Shown piece after piece: positions 52,871-60,360 of a DNA stretch of 64,000 nt. Numbering within the stretch: the stretch's first letter is position 1; each line of letters starts with the position of its first letter. Where the stretch lies: NCBI GenBank assembly GCA_965222115.1, contig CBDCTJ010000001.1, forward strand, positions 544,001-608,000, given 5' to 3'. A model generated the notes under the pieces. That model made no database searches. It worked only from the letters and a program-made list of their open reading frames with translations, and was not told where the DNA came from. A program made the position numbers and the translations under genes. The stretch comes from Planctomycetota bacterium (GTDB taxonomy: Bacteria; Planctomycetota; PLA2; JAEUHO01).

Positions 52871-54403
52871 TTAGTCCCGCGCAATGCCATCTGCGTCGTA
52901 GCGAATAAGAAGAAGGTCGTCGCGCTGAAATTCAGAGTCAAAGATCTGCTCGTTGGGCGTGCCCAAGTTCACCGTGAAACTCTCGTAAAACGTTCCGCCA
53001 ATCACAAAGCTGCCGTCGTCGAACGCCGCAATGTCGCCCCAGGGCGATGTGGAGCCAATGCCTCCGTCGCGGCGAGCCCAAATGAGCGCGCCGGACGCGT
53101 CGAACTTGGCAATGAGGTAGTCGTTGCGCTCAAATGCAGCAAGGTGCAACTCGTCATGGCTATCGGGGTTAATCGTCACGACACCGGGTCCCTCGCCCAG
53201 CACAATGAAGGAGCCATCGCCCAAGGCAGCGATGCCAAGTGAATTCAAGAACGTGTCGACACGATGCTCGAGGTATTTGGCCCAACGCACACCACCATCC
53301 ACGTCGAAACACGCGATAAATGAGTTTGCATCACTCTGACTGGTCAATGTCATTGCATCGGGTTGCCCGACGTTGAGCGTCATTGCGCCAGCGTTAAACG
53401 TCCCAAACACAGCCACCGCTCCATTGGCTAGCACCGTAGCCTCGCGTAAGAACTCTCGATTGGTGCCCGTCGCGTGGCGGGCCCAACGGACCGCCCCATT
53501 TGCATCCAATCGCGCAATGTACCCGTCATCAATTCCGTCCGGCACAAAGACCTGCTCGCGTGGCGTCCCACTGGCAAACGTCGTTTCCTCTGTAAACGTC
53601 CCGGTCACAATCAACTCGTTGCCCGGTAGGGCGGCGATGCCCATCGCCACGCCAAATCCCGATCCGATACCGGGCGTCGTGGCGTATATGAGGGAGCCGT
53701 CGGACGCATAGCGTGCCACGAAATTCGTTACCACGGCCGTCGCCACCGAAGAAAGTGTGGTTTCGCTCGCTTCGCCTTCCCCAAATGTGGCCTCGGGGTC
53801 AATGTATCCGCAGAAAGCCGCCGATCCGTCGGCGAGCGCGCATGCAGAGTTTATGCCGGCACGATATCCACGTATGACGCGCACCCACAGCAACTCACCG
53901 GTCGCGGAGAACTTGGCGGCGAACGTGCTTTCCGTTTCATCAAACACAAAGGCATTGGGCTGGAGCGGGGCGACCTCGGTGCGGCCGGAGGCCGTTCCCA
54001 TCACCATACAGGCACCATCGGGAAGCGAAACGACGGCGCTGAGCCGCGCGAAATCGTCGCTCTCAACCGTGCACACCCACCGAAGACGGCCGTCGGCTTC
54101 GTAGCGACAACAAAATCCGGTTCCCGTGCCGGCTCCCATGCGCGTCGTTTCACCGCTACGTCCCGGCGCAAACGTGTGCGTATTCTCGAAGGAGCCGCAG
54201 GTTGACATGGATCCATCACTGTGAATCGCAACATCGTCGGTGTAGTCAAATCCCGACCCGGTTTCGATGGAAATGAAGGACGAGGAGGCCAGTTCTAGGT
54301 CGGCGTCCTCGCCTCCACCACCGCCTCCGCCACAACCCACCATCAACAGACTGATGGCACAGATGCCTACAATGAGTCTCCGATCGCTGGTTTGCCTGGA
54401 CAT
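52871..54403 (-). CDS. Lipoprotein with beta-propeller-like repeats
   Basis: Lipobox MVGC followed by GGGGGG; about 7 repeats of F(V/I)A(K/R)(Y/F)DxxGxxxW...DGS...G. Confidence 0.75.
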   Translation of the reverse strand: MSRQTSDRRLIVGICAISLLMVGCGGGGGGGEDADLELASSSFISIETGSGFDYTDDVAIHSDGSMSTCGSFENTHTFAPGRSGETTRMGAGTGTGFCCRYEADGRLRWVCTVESDDFARLSAVVSLPDGACMVMGTASGRTEVAPLQPNAFVFDETESTFAAKFSATGELLWVRVIRGYRAGINSACALADGSAAFCGYIDPEATFGEGEASETTLSSVATAVVTNFVARYASDGSLIYATTPGIGSGFGVAMGIAALPGNELIVTGTFTEETTFASGTPREQVFVPDGIDDGYIARLDANGAVRWARHATGTNREFLREATVLANGAVAVFGTFNAGAMTLNVGQPDAMTLTSQSDANSFIACFDVDGGVRWAKYLEHRVDTFLNSLGIAALGDGSFIVLGEGPGVVTINPDSHDELHLAAFERNDYLIAKFDASGALIWARRDGGIGSTSPWGDIAAFDDGSFVIGGTFYESFTVNLGTPNEQIFDSEFQRDDLLLIRYDADGIARD

Positions 54404-54620
54404 CTACTACTCCTGAACTAGGTCTCGAAGTGCTAAGGCGTAGATGCCATGTCGGCTTGACCGCAAAATCTGGAATTTCCGAGCGATGGTGGCTTTGCCT
54501 ACCGACTTAGGGCTCCCCCAGGAGGCCATCAAGCAACGTGTGGACGCGCTTTGAGTCCCCGTGGAACCTCAATCGACGTCGAACGGCGTAGCTGTACATC
54601 TCCAGACGTCGCTAGAGGTT

Positions 54621-54917
54621 CTAATATTCCTCGACCCGAATGTCGTCTTGCGCTGCGCGTCGATAGGAGCGCTGCTTTAACGAGGCACCGGTAAAGAACA
54701 CGCACACGCCAAGCACCAACAACCCAAATGCGTATAACGCCAGGCTCCAGCCAAACCACCCAACCAGCGCCCCCACGATAGACACGCAACCCGCAGCGAT
54801 GGCCAGCATCGCCATGAGAATCCCAATGTAATAGAGGCAGTCGCCTAGAAACCACGTGCGCGCCGCGGGATGATTGCGCCGACGCAGTTCTTTATAGAAC
54901 GGCATGTCCATTGACAT
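54621..54917 (-). CDS. Small hypothetical membrane protein (2 TM)
   Basis: Two hydrophobic helices in a 98-aa ORF. Confidence 0.6.
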   Translation of the reverse strand: MSMDMPFYKELRRRNHPAARTWFLGDCLYYIGILMAMLAIAAGCVSIVGALVGWFGWSLALYAFGLLVLGVCVFFTGASLKQRSYRRAAQDDIRVEEY

Positions 54918-55017
54918 GGATGCATGATACAGCGTCTCGAGGCAGCAGATTCTACCGTTCGCGGATTCGCTTCCAAGTTGCCAGGCGAATCGCCATGCCG
55001 CTCACCATCGCTCGTGG

Positions 55018-55120
55018 TTGCCGGCAACTAAAGGGCGCCGCCCACCACCGACGACGTGCGAGTCGATGTTCAAGCTCGGCGAGACTCTCCACGAAATGCT
55101 CACCGGCCATCTACTGCTGG
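55018..55120 (+). pseudogene. Possible decayed Ser/Thr kinase fragment
   Basis: Across frameshifts it reads RQLKG...(S/V)D..FKLGETLHEMLTG, resembling kinase subdomains VIII-IX (compare PEQLQG...SDIFSAGLVLMEMLQG in the kinase at 8309). Confidence 0.3.
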
Positions 55121-55220
55121 GCAGGGTGGGCGTTTCCAGCCGATACGCGAATTCTCTAGCGGCAATGAAATCGATAGCTTCGGTTTCCTACATAGCACGT
55201 GAACCCCTTGGAGAATCCCC

Positions 55221-55352
55221 ATGAAGGTCCTCGCGTTATTGCTGATTTCACTCTCGCTTACCGCGTGCGGTGGCGGTGGCGGCGGGTCTGAGCCAGCCAG
55301 CGTACCAAACCACTGGGATCAAATGGTGTGGGATCAAGGGTTATGGGAGTAG
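55221..55352 (+). CDS. 43-aa lipoprotein with Trp repeat (absent from the ORF track)
   Basis: Manual translation MKVLALLLISLSLTACGGGGGGSEPASVPNHWDQMVWDQGLWE*. Lipobox LTAC; GGAGA RBS. Confidence 0.75.
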   Translation: MKVLALLLISLSLTACGGGGGGSEPASVPNHWDQMVWDQGLWE

Positions 55353-55407
55353 TTGGCAGCGGACCTGCGACTACGTCCTCGAACTCGACTCAAGTTGGAG
55401 AATCACG

Positions 55408-56034
55408 ATGCGACATTCGAAATATGTAGCGTGGAGCGCAATGCTCCTTCCGGTGGCACTGGTGTGCGCCGGTCTCGTCTATGCAAGTTCGGTCACTACG
55501 CCAAACACGTTCGTTGGGGGCACGGCAGTCGTTGCCGCAGAAGTAAACGCAAACTTCTCGGCGCATGCAGCCGCCATCAATGATAACGATGCGCGACTCA
55601 GCACGTTGGAATCAACCGCAATCACTCAGTTTCGGCGCCAACTTCACAGCTTTGATACGGAGTCCGCCGTATTTACCAATTCGCTAGGTGTTGCCCGACG
55701 GGCAAATCTGATGCGTGTCACTAAACATCATGATGACACGAAGTTTGAACTGGTATACGACGGCGAGTTCTCGCTTACAGAGAACAGCTCCGCCACGTTT
55801 TCTCTTGCGTTTGGACTGGATGACTTCAACCCCGGTAGCTTTCCGGCGCAGATCGAACGAATCTACGATGGTGCGCTGTTTGGAGAAGGCAACTTTCGCA
55901 CCATTTACGACGGGCTACCTGCTGGCGAGTACACCGTCACCGTATGGGGTAGGGCGCACGGAGGCACCGCCACTGGACTCACGCTCTCTCCTCGCAATTC
56001 AAGCGAAACGTTCTTTATCAAAGAGTATCGATAA
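55408..56034 (+). CDS. Secreted protein with PNTFxxGT...EVNANF head, short coiled coil and beta-sandwich C-terminus
   Basis: Signal peptide ending VYA; same upstream TTGGAGAATC as the 43-aa lipoprotein. Confidence 0.7.
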   Translation: MRHSKYVAWSAMLLPVALVCAGLVYASSVTTPNTFVGGTAVVAAEVNANFSAHAAAINDNDARLSTLESTAITQFRRQLHSFDTESAVFTNSLGVARRANLMRVTKHHDDTKFELVYDGEFSLTENSSATFSLAFGLDDFNPGSFPAQIERIYDGALFGEGNFRTIYDGLPAGEYTVTVWGRAHGGTATGLTLSPRNSSETFFIKEYR

Positions 56035-56038
56035 CACG

Positions 56039-56143
56039 GATGCCGAGCCAGATGAGCTACCGGCCTGTTCATCTCATTTTGGTATCTTCGGTTTCCAACA
56101 AAACCGCTTGACAGGGCTAACCGTTTAGAGATGACTCGGTATC
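56039..56143. repeat. GATACC...GGTATC-type imperfect hairpin site 1
   Basis: Arms GATGCCGAGCCA and TGACTCGGTATC, with an extra internal TTGGTATCT at 56079..56087. It abuts the stop codons of both convergent flanking genes. Confidence 0.65.
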
Positions 56144-56145
56144 TT

Positions 56146-56433
56146 CTATGGTGCTTTGCGAATTCCAGCCCTTTGTTCATAGGAACGAAGCTCGCGCTCT
56201 AGTGTATGGGCAGTTCCAAGCTCTATTACGGTACCGTCGCTCGCCATTACGAGCAGAGGCCCGAGACCCAAGATACCTTGCAATTCGTCGCCAGTTTCTA
56301 CAGCGACCTTGGAATTGAAGCAGAACACCCACCCGTAGCTTGTCGGGTGCACGTAGGTTAGTGCCAACGGTATTCTCGTGAGAGAACTCGCGTGCTCTTC
56401 GGCCAGACTCTGGGCTTTGATGCGTGAAATCAT
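56146..56433 (-). CDS. YrhB/Imm35-like orphan immunity protein
   Basis: YGWVFCFNSK...TGD...GLGPLLV...DG.V..LGTA pattern; AGGAGA RBS. Confidence 0.7.
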   Translation of the reverse strand: MISRIKAQSLAEEHASSLTRIPLALTYVHPTSYGWVFCFNSKVAVETGDELQGILGLGPLLVMASDGTVIELGTAHTLERELRSYEQRAGIRKAP

Positions 56434-56471
56434 AAATTCTCCTAATTCGTTCTAGCGTACGAAATCCTGGC

Positions 56472-56532
56472 GAAACCGCGAAGATCAGCGCCTTTGGGCG
56501 ATTGCCCGTCAAGGTAGCGCTGACTCGGTATC
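56472..56532. repeat. GATACC...GGTATC-type imperfect hairpin site 2
   Basis: Outer arms GAAACCG/CGGTATC; inner stems TCAGCG/CGCTGA, CCTT/AAGG and GGGC/GCCC with bulges. Confidence 0.65.
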
Positions 56533-56537
56533 TCCGC

Positions 56538-56765
56538 CTACCGAGGGAGCCACGATGCCTTGAGTATGCGTTCGCTGGCGTCCTCGATTTCGATTCTAGC
56601 GTTCATTCCTCGCGCATTCGTATTCGTGTGGACTTCCCAGATGATCGGACCAAAGAACAGCCAACGTCGCCGTCGCTTCACACGTACGGGCTCCTTCCAT
56701 AACCAACCACGTCGTTCGATCTCAACCCTAGCAATCACTTCTGCACGAACTCGATCTATTGACAT
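56538..56765 (-). CDS. Small hypothetical protein, putative orphan immunity
   Basis: 75 aa from ATG 56765 with AGGAG RBS; RGWLWKEPV...WEVHTNT.ARGMN; lies in the toxin island. Confidence 0.55.
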   Translation of the reverse strand: MSIDRVRAEVIARVEIERRGWLWKEPVRVKRRRRWLFFGPIIWEVHTNTNARGMNARIEIEDASERILKASWLPR

Positions 56766-56991
56766 AGCCGTGCTCCTCACTCAGCCGAGACGGCGTATTT
56801 GACGTCACCCACGATGATCATCGCCCCAGTCGCCTCACCGACAACGCGCCTCAGCGACACGTACGAAGTCGGTCTTCTTAGCGGGAATCGTATCGCATCG
56901 GGAAGACCCTTGATGCCGCACGCCCGCGGTTGCGCATCCGCCTCTGCTAGGACCTCCTCGAGATAGCGATACAAGTGCGAGCGCTGAGATA

Positions 56992-57098
56992 TCAAGAGAA
57001 TCGATCGCCTAGGTCGATGCCAATTGTCTCGATGATGCGTTTATGCATGCTGGTAGTTCCTCCTGGGCCGTAGAACCCGTTGTTTATTTGCAGCACGA
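56992..57098 (-). pseudogene. IS110-family transposase 5' remnant
   Basis: Manual translation from ATG 57048 (AGGAGG RBS) gives MHKRIIETIGIDLGDRFS*, matching the IS110 N-terminal IGxDLG motif. Truncated at TTGATATCT. Confidence 0.65.
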
Positions 57099-57100
57099 TT

Positions 57101-57154
57101 TACCGTGACAGCGTGACAGGGGAACTACCGGCCTTTTCACCCCATCTCGGTATC
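57101..57154. repeat. GATACC...GGTATC-type hairpin site 3
   Basis: Arms TACCG/CGGTA. Its CTACCGGCCTTTTCACCCCATCTCGGTATC resembles CTACCGGCCTGTTCATCTCATTTTGGTATC in site 1. Confidence 0.6.
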
Positions 57155-57155
57155 T

Positions 57156-57485
57156 TCATCTTGACTTCGAAATTTCGGCAGCCAACTTGTAGGCGAGGCT
57201 GTAGTACATTTCATAATATGGAGAGTCGTTTGGCACATATTCAATCGCTTCGAGACTAACGATCAATCCAGTAGAAGCTCGAAAATCCCTTATGGCCTTG
57301 GTAACCGCCTCCAAAACGCGCGCTGGTTCGACGCTAGACGAGTTATCCTCACGCACCCTAGCTAGCGGAATCAACCTCGGTGGCGAGTCGTTTTCACCCA
57401 ACGCGGGCACTAGGCCGAGGAGAACATGTCGCAACCCGCTGTCAAACATTGCGCGAAATGAGTTACCGCTACGATAAATCTTCAT
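57156..57485 (-). CDS. Small hypothetical protein, putative orphan immunity
   Basis: ATG 57485 with GGAGG RBS; motif IEYVPNDSPYYEMYYSLA; flanked by GGTATC upstream and AGATACC immediately after the stop. Confidence 0.6.
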   Translation of the reverse strand: MKIYRSGNSFRAMFDSGLRHVLLGLVPALGENDSPPRLIPLARVREDNSSSVEPARVLEAVTKAIRDFRASTGLIVSLEAIEYVPNDSPYYEMYYSLAYKLAAEISKSR

Positions 57486-57525
57486 TACTTGCCCTCCAGC
57501 GGATACCAAGCCGCGTATCCTTCAC

Positions 57526-58394
57526 GATACCAAGCCGCGTATTTTCCCACCAACTTCGTGACCTATGCCCCGCACCACATGATGCGGATCTAACAGCTTC
57601 AATGTCCGCGCAAATTGATCCTGCCGCTACGCGAAAGTCTTCTCTATGGCTATTGTCAAGAGTTCAGATGCGTGCAATGCGTAGTTCGAATGTTGCTCGA
57701 TGAGTTTGTGATGGAGTGCGCGAAGACGCCCGACTGTGCTTGTGCTCGCATCAGTCCATCTTGATGCAGCTGCGATTACGAAGCGAGATCGACCGAGCAT
57801 CCCATCGCGTCGATTTGGTCTGTTGAACCAGCGCGTGTATGCATTTCCAATGCGCATCATCGCATAGGACAGCGTTCCCTCGTCCGTACGCGCCATCAAG
57901 TGATAGTGAGAGCCAAGTAAACAGAACGCCTCTGGCCGAATCTCGTCACGACGCCGCGCACACGCGAGGAATGCTTGGAACTGACGACGATCTCGCGGTC
58001 CCGCGAACATCAAACGCTTGCTAATCCCTCGCATATAGATGTGATGACGAACACCCGGACCGTCGAATCGATTGCGCTTGCCCATATACGTAACTACGCG
58101 CAGCGCGCGAAATGGTCACACGTACGGGCGGTGTCAGGCTCTTGCGGTCAGCGCGGTGAGTCGAAAGTCACGAAGTTGGTGGGAAAAAACGCGGCTTCTA
58201 TGAAAAGGCCTTGCATGTCAAGTGCGAAGCCGCGTCGGCGAGCGCATTTTCCGCGTTGTATATGTGCACATCGGCCCCTTGAGTACGCAACTTACCCTTA
58301 TCGCCCTTGCCTTTTTGGCAGCGGATCGGAGCGAATCAAATTGCCAGCCATCGTCACTGGCGCCAGAAAACACGTCCCATTCAGGCTTGGTATC
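57526..58394 (-). mobile_element. Non-autonomous RAYT/Y1-transposase element, copy A
   Basis: Outer IR GATACCAAGCC/GGCTTGGTATC. Inner 31-bp IR AAGCCGCGT(A/T)TTTTCCCACCAACTTCGTGAC at 57532..57562 and 58167..58197. Near-identical to 58986..60128. Confidence 0.8.
57627..58085 (-). pseudogene. Internally deleted REP-associated (IS200/IS605-like Y1 HUH) transposase
   Basis: PGVRHHIYMRG...F...D...AFCLLGSHYHL (HUH)...YTRWFNR...G.L..SRF fused directly to a C-terminal HTH-like segment. The expected catalytic YIxxNP region is absent. Confidence 0.8.
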
Positions 58395-58398
58395 TGTT

Positions 58399-58713
58399 TC
58401 ATCCTGTGCGTAGGTGCCTCACTTGCCGCAGGCGACTAAGAGTATCGCGCAGAGCCGCTGCCCTTTGCGTCTCGTTCACATACAGGAGAAACTTTGCGTT
58501 CTGATGACTTGGCTCCGTCCACTCGTCCTCGAAGGAGTCGTAGTTTGGCTGGAGCACAAAGTGCTCTCCCCCAGATGTTCCTGCTCGATAATAGTCGCCG
58601 ACCCATGAACTTTCATGGAGACTCATCGCGAGTCCGAGCCCCTGCTCGACAATCACCCTAGCGTCCTCAAGAGTGGATGCAGTGATACCATAGAGTGAGT
58701 AGTTGGTGTTCAT
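58399..58713 (-). CDS. Putative immunity protein for the upstream orphan toxin fragment
   Basis: ATGA overlap with the toxin fragment; LYG...HESSWVGDYY; acidic, 104 aa. Confidence 0.65.
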   Translation of the reverse strand: MNTNYSLYGITASTLEDARVIVEQGLGLAMSLHESSWVGDYYRAGTSGGEHFVLQPNYDSFEDEWTEPSHQNAKFLLYVNETQRAAALRDTLSRLRQVRHLRTG

Positions 58714-58985
58714 CGGACTCCAATGCTAGGTGATCGTGCCGCAGCCTGGGCCGCAACTCGGTAAACCATGAAATTTACGGGTCGGCCAGCCATCTTCTCG
58801 AGTGATCGCTGTAGACTACTCAGGCCAAGCGACTGAATTTCGACGGGGAGTAGCGGCCCAGTCCGCGTTCCCTTGGACCGTAGGCCAACCCCAAGCCTCG
58901 CGGCAGTGTCAAACAGCGACTCGCTCGCGAGGGCGATGTCGAAGTCGCTGACTCGGCCCACATCGAAGGGCTCGTGCGGAGGCCA
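58710..58985 (-). pseudogene. Orphan polymorphic toxin C-terminal fragment (nucleotidyltransferase-like)
   Basis: PFDVGRVSDFDIALAS...GLRSKGTRTGPL...GRPVNFMVY with a DxD motif. No RBS or convincing start; the 5' part is cut off at the GATACC boundary. Confidence 0.6.
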
Positions 58986-59086
58986 GATACCAAGCCGCGT
59001 TTTTTCCCACCAACTTCGTGACCTATGTCCCGCACCACATGATGCGGATCTAACAGCCTCAATGTCCGCGCAAATTGATCCTGCCG

Positions 59087-59569
59087 CTACGCGAAAGTCT
59101 TCTCTATGGCTATTGTCAAGAGTTCGGATGCACGCAGTGCGAAGTTCGAATGTTGCTCGATGAGCTTGTGATGGAGTGCGCGAAGACGCCCGACGGTGCT
59201 TGTGCTCGCATCAGTCCATCTTGATGCCGCTGCGATTGAAAGCCCGGCATAGCTGCACAACATTCCGATTCGAAGTACTTGCCATGCATCGCGTCGATTT
59301 CGCCTGTTGAACCAGCGCGTGTATGCATTTCCAATGCGCATCATCGCATAGGACAACGTTCCCTCGTCCGTACGCGCCATCAAGTGATAGTGAGAGCCAA
59401 GTAAACAGAACGCCTCTGGCCGAATCTCGTCACGACGCCGCGCACACGCGAGGAATGCTCGGAACTGACGACGATCTCGCGGTCCCGCGGACATCAAACG
59501 CTTGCTAATCCCACGCATATAGATGTGATGACGAACACCCGGACCGTCGAATCGATTGCGCGTGCCCAT
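59087..59569 (-). pseudogene. Internally deleted Y1 HUH transposase, with a deletion different from copy A
   Basis: The junction is NRRD|AWQVLRIGMLCSYAGLSIAAASRW here versus GRSRF|VIAAASRW in copy A. Confidence 0.8.
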
Positions 59570-59675
59570 ATACGTGACTACGCGCAGCGCCCGATATGGT
59601 CACACGTACGAGGCGGTGTCAGACTCTTGCGGCTGGCGCGGTGAGTCGAAAATCACGAAGTTGGTGGGAAAAAAC

Positions 59676-59916
59676 GGCTCTACTGCTCTTTGTGTGGGTC
59701 GTGATTTGGTGATTTCTTGTCCTGCCGCCCCTAAGAGGGCGCGGACGGCAGGAAAAGAAATGATGTTGGTGAGATTGGGCTGTCACAAACTTGTGGGGCC
59801 GTGCGAACCCAGCTACTGAGCCGTTCAAAGGCGCAATTTTTCATGTTGTTGGCGTGTAGTGGCCGCCTCGGATCCAATACGATGCTTCCGTGACCCACAT
59901 GAAGAGCAGGAGACTC
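59676..59916. mobile_element. 241-bp MITE with 8-bp target duplication
   Basis: GAAAAAAC is duplicated at 59668..59675 and 59917..59924, and copy A has the empty site. Imperfect TIR: GGCTCTACTGCTCTTTGTGTGGGTC versus GAGTCTCCTGCTCTTCATGTGGGTC. Confidence 0.8.
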
Positions 59917-60137
59917 GAAAAAACGCGGCTTCTATGAAAAGGCCTAGCATGTCAAGTGCGAAGCCGCGCCGGCGAGCGCATTTTCCGCGTTGTATATGTG
60001 CACATCGGCCCCTTGAGTACGCAACTTACCCTTATCGCCCTTGCCTTTTTGGCAGCGGATCGGAGCGAATCAGATTGCCAGCCATCGTCACTGGCGCCAG
60101 AGAACACGTCCCATTCAGGCTTGGTATCTCGGTATCT

Positions 60138-60335
60138 CCGGTAGTACGTGTTGGGCGTCACGCCCAGCTGCTTGCAAATCAACCCTACTTTCGTGCCTTT
60201 TAGCTCAATCTTTGCCTGTCTCAGCATCCCAATAATCTGCTCCGTCGAGTACCGCTTCCTTGCCATCTGTTTGCTCCTGATCGAAAAGGTGTATCCGAAC
60301 AAGTGGCACGCTCTGAGGGGGGGGGGGGCAGGTCA
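60138..60335 (-). pseudogene. IS3-family (IS407-like) left end and truncated orfA
   Basis: Left end TGACCTGCCCCC at 60335. From ATG 60266: MARKRYSTEQIIGMLRQAKIELKGTKVGLICKQLGVTPNTYYR, cut at AGATACC. Confidence 0.8.
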
Positions 60336-60360
60336 CGCGTTAAGAGATGAATCGATATCT

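Larger units (their letters stand above)
58986..60128 (-). mobile_element. Non-autonomous RAYT/Y1-transposase element, copy B (contains a nested MITE)
   Basis: Same outer and inner IRs and same ~200-bp non-coding block as copy A. Confidence 0.8.

Noticed and set aside
56777-56995. 72-aa ORF as an intact gene
   Set aside because: It starts at a TTG inside the GATATC junction with no RBS; more likely a 3' remnant of unknown origin.
56272-58689. GATACC hexamers inside genes at 56272 and 58684 (also 52090 and 53666)
   Set aside because: They are intragenic and lack the extended RAG context or a partner arm, so they are treated as chance matches.
60317-60328. Poly-G tract as a phase-variation switch
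   Set aside because: It lies within the IS3 left end (TGACCTGCCCC...), not in an intact gene or evident promoter.
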